The notes beneath the pieces were generated by a model that searched no databases, was not told the DNA's origin, and was given only the letters and a program-made list of their open reading frames with translations. A program made the position numbers and the translations under genes. A stretch of DNA of 38,907 nucleotides from assembly GCA_046598045.1 (NCBI GenBank), contig JBKJJJ010000024.1, forward strand, positions 1 through 38,907, given 5' to 3'. Source of the stretch: Candidatus Eiseniibacteriota bacterium (lineage in GTDB: Bacteria > Eisenbacteria > RBG-16-71-46 > DASYSL01). Below are positions 8,670 through 17,783 of the stretch, piece after piece. Within the stretch, counting starts at the first letter, position 1. Each line of letters opens with the position of its first letter.

Positions 8670-11230
8670 CGCCTGCCCCCGATCACGGTGAGCTGCCCCA
8701 CGACCGGCCCGCTGAACGCGTCGTCGTCGTGCAGGTAGTCGCGCAGGCTCGTGTTCTGGTAATGCGGTACCCGGACGAGCCGGACACGCACGTCGTACGG
8801 CCCCGACGCCAGGTTGGCCGGCAGTTCGACCGTGTATCGGTCCGCGACCACTTCGCCCGGCTGCCACTGGTCGGGCGCGTACACTCCGTCGAGGGGGCGA
8901 TGCGTGGTGCGCACACGAAAGCGGGTGCCGGTCCAGCGCTCGAGCACCTTGCGATAGAGCTTGTCGTATGCGGCCGAGTAGAGCGGCCCGCGCGGCATCG
9001 CGCGCGCGTCGAGCCGGAAGAACACGAGGTACGAGCCCGGGGCCACGGTCGAGCCCGAGGCCAGGCTCCAGAAGGTCTCGACGCTCACGGTATCGCCCGT
9101 TGCGGCGACGTATGCGCTGAGGCGCGTTCCCCGGTGCATGAACGCGCCGTCCCGCCGGGGCGCGTCCAGTTCCGCGGCCTGCGGGTGCTCGATGGGCGCC
9201 GGCACGGAATCATCGTTCGACGGCAGCGTGCCCTCGGAGGCGGCGCTGGTGAGCTCGAATACCCAGGCGCCCGGCGCCTCGAACACAGGCCGAAACAGGT
9301 CGGGCCGGGCGCGGAACTTCGCAAGCGTCGCCGGGTACAGCCCCGGATTCATCGACCAGTAGTCCGTCGCCACGGGTCGGTCGAAGCGCTCGTTGACGAC
9401 CACCGCGTCCACGCCATACCGGCGCAGGATCTCGAGCGTCGTCCGCATGCCGACCCGGGGCGAGAGCACCGACCGCGCATCGAGGATGCGTTCGAGCCCG
9501 CGCGGGTCGTTGGGCGAGGAGTGCTGGTCGTAGAACGCCATCACCTGTTGTCCCGTGTACGCCGGGATCGAGTAGCTCGTCACCGGGTCCGACGCGAGCA
9601 CGCGGCCCCGCGGGTATTTGCCTCCGAGGAACGCGAGCACGTCGTACCACGGAGCAGCGCTGCGCGCGGCCTCGTCGGCGCGCAGATGCGCGCGCTCGGT
9701 AACCAGCGTCGTCGCCTGCCAGGCCGCCGGCGCGAGCAGCAGCCCGCACCCGGCGAGCCCGACGGAGGCCCACCGGCGTCGCGCGCCGCGGCCACGCACG
9801 ACGCCCTCGCCCAGGGCGGTGATCACGATCGCCACGGCGGGAATCACGGGCGCGATCCAGATCAGGCGCATCGTCAGGTAGCCGAGCTTCGCCTGCACGA
9901 GCGGCAGGATGAACGGGTTGAGCACGATCAGGAGCACGAAGGGCGTGACCAGCGCGAGGTAGACCGCGCCGGTCGACTCCTTGCGCCGGGACCAGAACCA
10001 CGGCACCGCGACCAGCGCGACCACGAGCCACGCGCCGTGCCACACCCACATCGCCTGCGGGTCGACCGTGAACAGGTGCCGGGAGAGATAGAGCAGGCCC
10101 TGCGGCTCGGTGTGGATCGCGTTCTGCGGGCCGTACGACTGGCGCGCACGGAATGCGAGGTAAGGGCCCGCCAGCGCAAGCAGGCCGCCGAACGCGAACG
10201 CGAACCGCTGCCAGCGCTCGCGCGCCGGTGCGGGCGCGGAGGCCAGAGCGCCGAGAGCGTAGGCCGAGAGCGCCAGCGCGAAGTAGAGCGCGTACCACAC
10301 GTGCACCAGCATCGCGCTCAGCGCGACGGTCCAGAACAGCGCGAGCCGGCGCTTGCCCCCGCGCTCGATGAAGCGCACGAGCGCGGCGACCGCGAGCAGC
10401 GCGACGATCTCGCCCACGCGCGTCGAGTACACGGTCTCGCGCAACTCGGTTCCGCCGGGGCCGCCGCCGTAGATCAGGGGGAAGACGAACACCGCGACCA
10501 CCCCCGCCATGCGCGATCTCGTGAGCGCAAACGTCAGCGAGTACATCGCGAGCAGGAACACGGGGATGAACAGGAGCGGCAGGAAGCGCCACAGCGTCAC
10601 CGGATCGACGCGGGCCGCGCGCGCCACGAGCGCGAGCGCGACGTGATACGTGCCCTTGCGCGGGTCGGCCCCGTTCGCGCCGGCGTCGCGGAAGAACGCG
10701 TCGGTCGGGAACGCCTCGCGCGTGTCGACGATGCGGCGCACGGTCGCGATGTGGTCGAGCGAATCCGACTGATAGACGAGCGGCGCGCCCAGCCCCCCCA
10801 CCACCGCGCCCACGAGCACGATCCAGCCCGCCATGAGCACGCCGGGCAGGAGGCCACGCGGGTCCGCGGGCGCGACCGGACGCGGCGGATCGATCACCGC
10901 CAGCCCGAACCCGAGCAGCGGCAGCGCCCACAGGCCGACGCCCGCGTCGAAGCGGCCGAAGTAGGACGCCAGCGCGAGCAACCCGGCGGGCAGCAGGCCG
11001 AGCGCGAACGAGTACGCGATCCGCCCGGGCCACTCGATCTCGCGGTCGGCGAGCAGGAAGCGCAGGAGCATCGCGCCCGGCCACAGGACGAGCGCGAGCA
11101 GCGCACCCGTGATGCGCACGGGCGCCGGCAGCGCCGCACCCGCCGCCGCCGCGGCGCAGAGCGCGGTCACGCACGCCCCCGCCGCGAGGCGGTGACCGTC
11201 GGGGCGCAGCCAGCGCGGGGCGATCACCAT
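8666..11230 (-). CDS. Large polytopic membrane protein with C-terminal extracytoplasmic domain, GT-C-like
   Basis: 854 aa, more than 10 hydrophobic segments, early loop SDSLDH, soluble C-terminus with WQPGEVVADRY...GPYDVRV. Confidence 0.7.
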   Translation of the reverse strand: MVIAPRWLRPDGHRLAAGACVTALCAAAAAGAALPAPVRITGALLALVLWPGAMLLRFLLADREIEWPGRIAYSFALGLLPAGLLALASYFGRFDAGVGLWALPLLGFGLAVIDPPRPVAPADPRGLLPGVLMAGWIVLVGAVVGGLGAPLVYQSDSLDHIATVRRIVDTREAFPTDAFFRDAGANGADPRKGTYHVALALVARAARVDPVTLWRFLPLLFIPVFLLAMYSLTFALTRSRMAGVVAVFVFPLIYGGGPGGTELRETVYSTRVGEIVALLAVAALVRFIERGGKRRLALFWTVALSAMLVHVWYALYFALALSAYALGALASAPAPARERWQRFAFAFGGLLALAGPYLAFRARQSYGPQNAIHTEPQGLLYLSRHLFTVDPQAMWVWHGAWLVVALVAVPWFWSRRKESTGAVYLALVTPFVLLIVLNPFILPLVQAKLGYLTMRLIWIAPVIPAVAIVITALGEGVVRGRGARRRWASVGLAGCGLLLAPAAWQATTLVTERAHLRADEAARSAAPWYDVLAFLGGKYPRGRVLASDPVTSYSIPAYTGQQVMAFYDQHSSPNDPRGLERILDARSVLSPRVGMRTTLEILRRYGVDAVVVNERFDRPVATDYWSMNPGLYPATLAKFRARPDLFRPVFEAPGAWVFELTSAASEGTLPSNDDSVPAPIEHPQAAELDAPRRDGAFMHRGTRLSAYVAATGDTVSVETFWSLASGSTVAPGSYLVFFRLDARAMPRGPLYSAAYDKLYRKVLERWTGTRFRVRTTHRPLDGVYAPDQWQPGEVVADRYTVELPANLASGPYDVRVRLVRVPHYQNTSLRDYLHDDDAFSGPVVGQLTVIGGRR

Positions 11231-11239
11231 GCGCGATCT

Positions 11240-12757
11240 CTAGTCACGCGACCACGCTCCGGCGATCGCGCGGGCAAAGGGCCAGTCCGACTGGCGCAGC
11301 ATCGCGATGATGCCGGTGCGCGGCTGGAGCGTGCGCGCGGCCGCCAGGTAGAGCGCGACGAACAGGGCCGCCTCGATCAGGGCGAGGCCCCACCCGCCGA
11401 ACATGGCCGGCACGACCTTCGGCAGGACGAGGGCGAACACACTCGCGAGCGCCGCGGCCCAGAGCGTGGGCAGCACCGAGCGCAGGACGAACATCGCGCG
11501 CTCGCGGGTCGTGGTCGCGAGGTGGCTCGCCGCGTAGATCAGGAGGCCGACGCCGTACACGACGTAGCCGGTGCTCACGCCCGCGGCGACACCCTCGAGC
11601 TTCCAGCCCAGGTGCAGGAACAGGCCGATCAGCGCGATGTCCAGCACGATGGCCCCGAACGCGAGCGGCAGCAACTTGACCTGCTTCTGGATCGCCATGA
11701 TGTAGAACGAGGGGATCGACGACAGCGCCAGCCCGAGCGTGCCGAACAGGAGGATCGAGAGCGCAGGGACACCCGGGAGGTACTTCGGCAGCACGAGCGC
11801 GACCAACTCGCGCACGAAGAACACGCTCACGCCGACCACCAGCGGCATCAGCCACGCCACGGTCGCGATCGGGCGCAGCATCTCGCGCGCAGTCACGTCC
11901 GGGTCGGCGGTGCGGGCGAACGTGGCGAGCATGCGTGGATAGAGCACGTACGACACCGAGTCGGGAATGTAGAGCAGCATGGACACGCCCATCAGGCCGA
12001 CGCTGTAGTAGCCCAGCGCCTCGGTCGACAGGAACTTGAGGATCATGATGCGGTCGACCGACTTGAGCACCATGCCCGCGGCCATGAACAGGAAGATCGG
12101 GAAACCGCGCTGCAGCAGCTCCTTCGTCCCGGCGTTCGGCACGATCGCCATCGGCGCGATCGCCGCACCCTCGCGCCTGAGGTAGACCAGCGCGGCGAGC
12201 TGCCCCGCGATCCAGCCCGCGAGTAGGCCCCACACGCCAAGCGAGAACACGAGCCCGATGCCGGCCAGCCCGCCTGCGATCGCCTGCAGCGAGAGCGCCT
12301 TGCTCACCACGCCGATCCTGCCGTGCGAGCGCAGCAGCGTGCCGTGGTAGAAGATCAGCTCCTGCAGCAGCACCGCGAGGACCATGACCAGGACGCCGCC
12401 CGGGCCCCAGCCCTCGGCGAGGCGCCGGTTCTTGATCACGAGGTAGACCACGACCCCGCCGGCGAAGAGGGTCCAGAGCGCGATCATGCCTGCAACGCCG
12501 CCCTGCTTGAGGCGCCGCGTCTCGGCCTCGTCGCCGCGCGTGATCGACCCCGGGATCTCCTGGTCGAGCCCCTGCTGGAGGCCGAGCTGGCTCAGGATTC
12601 CGTAGTCGAGCACGAGCAGCAGCGCATTCCACGACCCGTACGCGGCGGGCCCGAGCAGGCGCGCCGCGATGATCCCGCGGAACAACTGGACGAAGCGCGA
12701 CAAGTACTGGCTGATGGCGAAGCCGGCAGTGTCGCGTACGAAACGGGGTGGTGCCAA
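11240..12757 (-). CDS. wzx: Wzx-family oligosaccharide flippase
   Basis: Multi-TM; IAARLLGPAAYG, VDRIMILKFLSTEALGYYSVG; probable TTG start at 12757 preceded by GAGGA (start approximate). Confidence 0.85.
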   Translation of the reverse strand: MAPPRFVRDTAGFAISQYLSRFVQLFRGIIAARLLGPAAYGSWNALLLVLDYGILSQLGLQQGLDQEIPGSITRGDEAETRRLKQGGVAGMIALWTLFAGGVVVYLVIKNRRLAEGWGPGGVLVMVLAVLLQELIFYHGTLLRSHGRIGVVSKALSLQAIAGGLAGIGLVFSLGVWGLLAGWIAGQLAALVYLRREGAAIAPMAIVPNAGTKELLQRGFPIFLFMAAGMVLKSVDRIMILKFLSTEALGYYSVGLMGVSMLLYIPDSVSYVLYPRMLATFARTADPDVTAREMLRPIATVAWLMPLVVGVSVFFVRELVALVLPKYLPGVPALSILLFGTLGLALSSIPSFYIMAIQKQVKLLPLAFGAIVLDIALIGLFLHLGWKLEGVAAGVSTGYVVYGVGLLIYAASHLATTTRERAMFVLRSVLPTLWAAALASVFALVLPKVVPAMFGGWGLALIEAALFVALYLAAARTLQPRTGIIAMLRQSDWPFARAIAGAWSRD

Positions 12758-12835
12758 GTCATTCCTCGCGCCTACACGGACCCTGCGGCCCGCGGGGGGA
12801 AGGCGCCTTCGGTCTGCGCGCACGGGCCATGGCCC

Positions 12836-12865
12836 TTGTCACGCGAATACCTCGACGTTTACCAT
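12836..12865 (+). promoter_or_regulatory. Putative sigma70 promoter for the epimerase/aminotransferase pair
   Basis: TTGTCA(12836-12841)-N18-TACCAT(12860-12865) in the divergent intergenic gap. Confidence 0.5.
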
Positions 12866-12948
12866 CATGTCCGCGCACGCGCCCGAGGGTGCGTGCCTGG
12901 CGTTCCTTCGGGGCCTTCGCCCCACCTTCTCCTGCGATCGAGGACTTC

Positions 12949-13950
12949 GTGCCCCCATCGTCTTCGCGGCCGCCGGTGCTCGTCACCGGGGGCGCCGGTT
13001 ACATCGGTTCGGTCACCGTCGGTCGCCTGCTCGAGCAGGGCCGCCGCGTGCGCGTCCTCGACAGCCTCCTGTTCGGCGATGCCGCGCTCGCCGCCTACAA
13101 GACCTCGCCCGACCTCGAACTGCTCGCGGGCGACGTGCGCGATGCCGACGTCGTCGCGCGCGCGTGCGCCGGCGTCGACGGCATCCTGCACCTCGCCGGG
13201 CTCGTCGGCGATCCGGCCTGCGCGCTCGATCCCGCGCTCACCCGGGCGATCAACGTCGAGTCCACCGCCACGCTCGCCGAGGCCGCAAAGGCCGCGCGCG
13301 CGCGCCGCCTCGTGTTCGCCTCGACCTGCTCGGTCTACGGCGCCGCCGGCGAAGACTGGCTCGACGAGAACTCGGCCACCTTGCCGGTGTCGCTCTACGC
13401 CGAGTCGAACCTCGAATCCGAGGCCCTGTTCGCCGCGCGCCTCGCGTCGTCCGGCGTCGAGCTCGTGACGCTGCGCTTCGCGACCGTGTTCGGCGTCTCG
13501 CCGCGCATGCGCTTCGACCTCGTCGTCAACCTGCTCACTGCGCGCGCCCTGCGCGAGGGCGTCCTCGAGGTGCACGGCGGCGAGCAATGGCGCCCCCAGG
13601 TGCACGTCGACGACGTCGCGAGCGCGCTGCTGCTCGCACTCGATGCGCCCCAGGCGGCCGGCCACACCTACAACGTCGGCTCCGACACGCTCAACCTGCG
13701 CATCGGAGAACTCGCGCGGGCGATCGCCGCGCGCTTCCCCAGCGCCACGCTCACCGTGAGCGAAACCCGCGACCCGCGCTCCTACCGCGTCTCCTTCGCC
13801 CGCATCACGGACGACCTCGGCTTCAAGGCCGCGCACTCGGTCGACTCCGGTGTCGCCGAGATCGAACGCTGGATCGCGCAGCGCCAGGGCTTCGACCCGG
13901 CCGCGGTGCGCTATTCGAACGTGCGCACGCTCGAGGCGGCGCTCCGATGA
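12949..13950 (+). CDS. NAD-dependent epimerase/dehydratase (extended SDR)
   Basis: GTG after GAGGA; VLVTGGAGYIGS, HLAGLVGDPAC, ASTCSVYG, LRFATVFG, RFDLVVN. Confidence 0.88.
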   Translation: MPPSSSRPPVLVTGGAGYIGSVTVGRLLEQGRRVRVLDSLLFGDAALAAYKTSPDLELLAGDVRDADVVARACAGVDGILHLAGLVGDPACALDPALTRAINVESTATLAEAAKAARARRLVFASTCSVYGAAGEDWLDENSATLPVSLYAESNLESEALFAARLASSGVELVTLRFATVFGVSPRMRFDLVVNLLTARALREGVLEVHGGEQWRPQVHVDDVASALLLALDAPQAAGHTYNVGSDTLNLRIGELARAIAARFPSATLTVSETRDPRSYRVSFARITDDLGFKAAHSVDSGVAEIERWIAQRQGFDPAAVRYSNVRTLEAALR

Positions 13951-15158
13951 GCCGCGATTTCGGCCCGCTCGCGGGCGACGGCGGCACCCCGGTGCGCACC
14001 TCGTTCCTGCCCGTCGGCCTGCCCTCGATCGGCGACGCCGAGAAGCAGGCGGTCCTCGAGACGCTCGACTCGGGCTGGATGACGACCGGCCCGCGCGCCC
14101 ACAAGCTGGGCGAGCGCATCGCCGCCCACTCCGGCGCGGCGCACGGGCTCGCCGTCAATTCGGCGACCGGCGCGCTGCACCTCGCGCTCGCGGCCTGGGG
14201 CATCGGCCCCGGCGACGAGGTCATCACCTCGACCTGGACGTTCGCCTCGACTGCGAACGTCGTCCTCCACACCGGCGCGACGCTCGTGCTGGTCGACGTC
14301 GACCCGCGGACGCTCAACCTCGACCCGGAGCGCGTCCGAGAGGCGATCACACCCCGCACGCGGGCCGTGATCGCGGTCGACTTCGCCGGCCACCCGGCCG
14401 ACTACGAGGCCCTGCGCGCGCTCTGCGACCGGCACGGCCTCCGGCTGCTCGCCGACGCGGCGCACTCGTTCGGCGCGCGCTACCAGGACCGGCCCGTCGG
14501 CACGCTCGCCGACGCGACCGCGTTCTCGTTCTACGCCATCAAGAACATCACCACCGGCGAGGGCGGCTGCCTCGTGACCGACGACCAGGACTTCCTCGCG
14601 CGCGCCCAGGTGCTCTCGCTGCACGGCATCTCGAAGGACGCCTGGAAACGCTACTCGAGCGCGGGCTCGTGGTACTACGAGGTCACGGCCCCGGGCTTCA
14701 AGTACAACCTCACCGACCTCGCCGCGGCGATCGGGCTCGCCCAGCTCGACCGCTGGCCCGAGTTCGACGCCCGCCGGTCCCAGATCGCCGCGCGCTACGA
14801 CGCGGCGTTCGCCGACCTGGCGGAGGTGTCGTGCCCGTTCGCGAGCCCCGACGTCCACCACGCCCGGCACCTCTACACGGTGCGGCTCGATCTCGCGCGG
14901 CTGACCGTCGACCGCGCGCGCTTCCTCGAGCTGCTCAAGGCCGAGAATATCGGCACCACCGTGAACTTCATCCCGGTGCACAAGCACCCCTACTACCGCG
15001 ACACGCTCGGCTTCCGCCCGGAGGACTTCCCGGTCGCGGAGCGCGTCTACCCCGCGATCTTCACGCTGCCGCTCTACCCCCGCATGCTCGATGCCGACGT
15101 CGACGACGTGGTGACCGCCGTCCGGAAAGTCGCGCACCACTCGCTCAAACCGGCCTAG
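13947..15158 (+). CDS. DegT/DnrJ/EryC1/StrS sugar aminotransferase
   Basis: ATGA overlap; SGWMTTGP, DAAHSFG, FSFYAIKNITTGEGG (PLP Lys), GFKYNLTD, LPLYP. Confidence 0.93.
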   Translation: MSRDFGPLAGDGGTPVRTSFLPVGLPSIGDAEKQAVLETLDSGWMTTGPRAHKLGERIAAHSGAAHGLAVNSATGALHLALAAWGIGPGDEVITSTWTFASTANVVLHTGATLVLVDVDPRTLNLDPERVREAITPRTRAVIAVDFAGHPADYEALRALCDRHGLRLLADAAHSFGARYQDRPVGTLADATAFSFYAIKNITTGEGGCLVTDDQDFLARAQVLSLHGISKDAWKRYSSAGSWYYEVTAPGFKYNLTDLAAAIGLAQLDRWPEFDARRSQIAARYDAAFADLAEVSCPFASPDVHHARHLYTVRLDLARLTVDRARFLELLKAENIGTTVNFIPVHKHPYYRDTLGFRPEDFPVAERVYPAIFTLPLYPRMLDADVDDVVTAVRKVAHHSLKPA

Positions 15159-16162
15159 CCGGCGGGCGTCGGCTCTTCCCGGCTCGCCGCCGCGACCTGG
15201 CCGAGCGAAAGCCCCTGCCGCCCCAGGCAATACAACCCGACGACGGTGATCGGCAGGAACTGCGTCAGGTGGTAGTAGAGCGAGAACGAGAACGCCTGCG
15301 TCTTGTCGACCGCGAACAGCGACAGCCCGAGCACGCACGCGTACTGGATCGCGCCCAGGTAACCCGGCGTGGGCGCGACCATGATGCCGAACGCGGTCAC
15401 CACCAGCATGACCAGGCCCGCGTACCACGGCAGGTGCATCGCGAACGCCGCCATGCACGCGCTCAGCCCGAGCGCGGTCACCGAGAACATGAGCAGCGAG
15501 TAGACGGTCACCCAGAACAGCCCGGGCCCGTGCCGGAACACGCCCAGCCCCCCCGCGAAGTTGCGCATCAAGGACGCGGCCTTCGGTCCGACCCTGGGCG
15601 GCAGCACGCGCTCGAGCCAACCCGCGAAGCGGTCCGCATGCGTCGGGCTGCGCTCGATCGCGATCAGAGAGACCAGCAGCACGAGGTTCACGACGAGCGC
15701 GGCCATGCCCGCGTTCTGGATCACCGGCGGCGCCGGGTGGAGCAGCAGCGCGACGCCGAGGAACACCAGGATGCAGAACATGTCGACCACGCGCTCCACG
15801 ATCACGGTGGCGAACACCGACGAGCGCGAGATGCGCTCGCTCGCGCCGAGGACCCACGGCCGCACCAGTTCGCCCAGCCGCGCGGGCAGCAGGTTGTTCG
15901 CCGCGAAGCCGATCATGGTGGCGGAGAACAGGCTCGTCGCCTTGATCGGTTTGACGCTCCTGAGCAGCCAGCCCCAGCGCACCGCGCGGATCCAGAATGA
16001 GAGCAGCGTCAGCCCGCAGATCGGCAGGAACCACACCCAGTTCGCCGCCGCGAGCGCGCGCCCGACCTCGCGCAGGTCGATCGTGCGCACCGACAGCCAG
16101 ATCAGGACCGCCGAGAGCAGGAGCCCGAGCGCGAGCTGGATGCCGAGCCGTCCCCTCGCCAT
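15155..16162 (-). CDS. Lysylphosphatidylglycerol-synthase TM (UPF0104, flippase-like) membrane protein
   Basis: RAVRW, GFAANNLLPARLGELVR, VERVVD, PTPGYLG motifs. Confidence 0.87.
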   Translation of the reverse strand: MARGRLGIQLALGLLLSAVLIWLSVRTIDLREVGRALAAANWVWFLPICGLTLLSFWIRAVRWGWLLRSVKPIKATSLFSATMIGFAANNLLPARLGELVRPWVLGASERISRSSVFATVIVERVVDMFCILVFLGVALLLHPAPPVIQNAGMAALVVNLVLLVSLIAIERSPTHADRFAGWLERVLPPRVGPKAASLMRNFAGGLGVFRHGPGLFWVTVYSLLMFSVTALGLSACMAAFAMHLPWYAGLVMLVVTAFGIMVAPTPGYLGAIQYACVLGLSLFAVDKTQAFSFSLYYHLTQFLPITVVGLYCLGRQGLSLGQVAAASREEPTPAG

Positions 16163-16163
16163 G

Positions 16164-17783
16164 TTAGTGGCCCTCCTGCGTGGCGAACGCCCGGCGGCGA
16201 AGCTTGAGCGCGACCGCGCGCACCGCGCGCATCCAGCGCACGGAGGTGTCGCGCAGCCAGAGCTTCCACGGCGTCTCGAGCTCCATCGATTGCGCGCGCT
16301 CGAGATCGTCCTCGGTCACGAGGTCGAACGTCACCACCCCGATCACGAACAGCGGCACGAGCACGAGCGCCTTGATCGCGAACAACAGTCGCGGGTCGAG
16401 CCCGGCGCGGCGCAGAGCGAGTGCGACGCCCGCGCCGATCGCGACCAGCACGCCGGTCTTCGCGATCACCACGCCGCGGTGGCTCACGGTGCCCGCGGTC
16501 GCCTTGCCCATGAGGATCAGCGCGCCGAAGAACGCGATCACCGCCCCGATCAGGTTCGCCCACGCGGCGCCGGCCAGTCCGACGAGCGGGATCAGGAGGA
16601 AGTAGCTGCCCATCTCGCCCAGGAACTTTGCGAGCGCGAGCGCGAGCACCATGCCCGTGCGGCGCAGCGCGTAGAAGCCCATGGTGAGCGGCTGCTGCGC
16701 CGTGCGCACCCAGGGCACGAGCGCGAGGATCCGCAGCAGCCCGACCGCCGGCAGATAGCGCTCGCCGCCGACCACGCGGGTGATCTCCTCGGCGAACACG
16801 AAGATCATGAACGACAGCGTGCACGCGAGCGTGGCGACGAGGCGGAAGCCCTTGTCGAGCAGGCGCCGCATGCGGTCGAGCTCGCCGCGCGCGACCAGCT
16901 GCGTGAGCGACGGCAGCAGCGACGACGGGATCGCGTACACGAGGCCGACGAAGCGCTCGACCGTCTGGAACGCGAACGAGAACAGGCCGAGCGCCTCGGG
17001 GTCGAAGAACTTGCCGAGCACGACCCGGCTCAGGTTCTGCCCCGAGATGAACGCTGCGCGCGCCCCGAGCAGAGGCAGGCAGTAGGCGAACATGTCCTTG
17101 AGAATCGCGCCCGCGCCTTCGGCCGGGCTCCCGTCCTCGCCCGCCGCGCGGGCCTTCCGCGCGCGCGCGAACGCGAGCGCCATCGCCACGATGGTCGACA
17201 GCATCCCGCTCACGATCGCGAGCAGCGACAGCATGATCGCGAGCGAGCTTGGCCCGCGCCCGGTGCTCGCCAGGATCACGACCAGGACGAGCTTGAGCGT
17301 CTGCTGGAACACCGCGAGCGCCGCGATCCACGAATACTGCTGGAGGCCGAACAGCGTCGCGCGTCCGGTCGAGGAAAACCCGTCGAACACGACCAGCGCG
17401 AGCAGCAGGCGGATCAGCGAGTCGAGCTTGGTGAAGCCGTACTGGGCGCTGATCCACGGCACCAGCATGTAGAGCACGTAACCCGCGATCAGCCCCAGGA
17501 CCGCCTTGACCGCGAGCGCCCACAGGTGGACGCGCAGGAGGCGCACGTGCTGGCCGCGCGCGTCGTATTCGGCGGCGTGGCGCTCGAGGTAGACCTCGAA
17601 GTTGCCGGTGAACACCGAAGCCAGCCCGACCACCGAGAGCGCGAGCGAGAAGATGCCGAACCAGCTCGGCCCCAGCCAGCGCAGCACGAACACCGAGTAG
17701 AGCAGGCCCGAGATGACGGACGCGAGGCTCTCGACGGTGAGGAAGAACGAGCCCTTCGACACGTTCTTGAGCATCTGGCTCAT
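16164..17783 (-). CDS. wzx: Wzx-family oligosaccharide flippase (second copy)
   Basis: Multi-TM 539 aa; LRWLGPSWFGIFSL, LGKFFDPEALGLFSFAF, LIPLVGLAGAAWA. Confidence 0.83.
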   Translation of the reverse strand: MSQMLKNVSKGSFFLTVESLASVISGLLYSVFVLRWLGPSWFGIFSLALSVVGLASVFTGNFEVYLERHAAEYDARGQHVRLLRVHLWALAVKAVLGLIAGYVLYMLVPWISAQYGFTKLDSLIRLLLALVVFDGFSSTGRATLFGLQQYSWIAALAVFQQTLKLVLVVILASTGRGPSSLAIMLSLLAIVSGMLSTIVAMALAFARARKARAAGEDGSPAEGAGAILKDMFAYCLPLLGARAAFISGQNLSRVVLGKFFDPEALGLFSFAFQTVERFVGLVYAIPSSLLPSLTQLVARGELDRMRRLLDKGFRLVATLACTLSFMIFVFAEEITRVVGGERYLPAVGLLRILALVPWVRTAQQPLTMGFYALRRTGMVLALALAKFLGEMGSYFLLIPLVGLAGAAWANLIGAVIAFFGALILMGKATAGTVSHRGVVIAKTGVLVAIGAGVALALRRAGLDPRLLFAIKALVLVPLFVIGVVTFDLVTEDDLERAQSMELETPWKLWLRDTSVRWMRAVRAVALKLRRRAFATQEGH

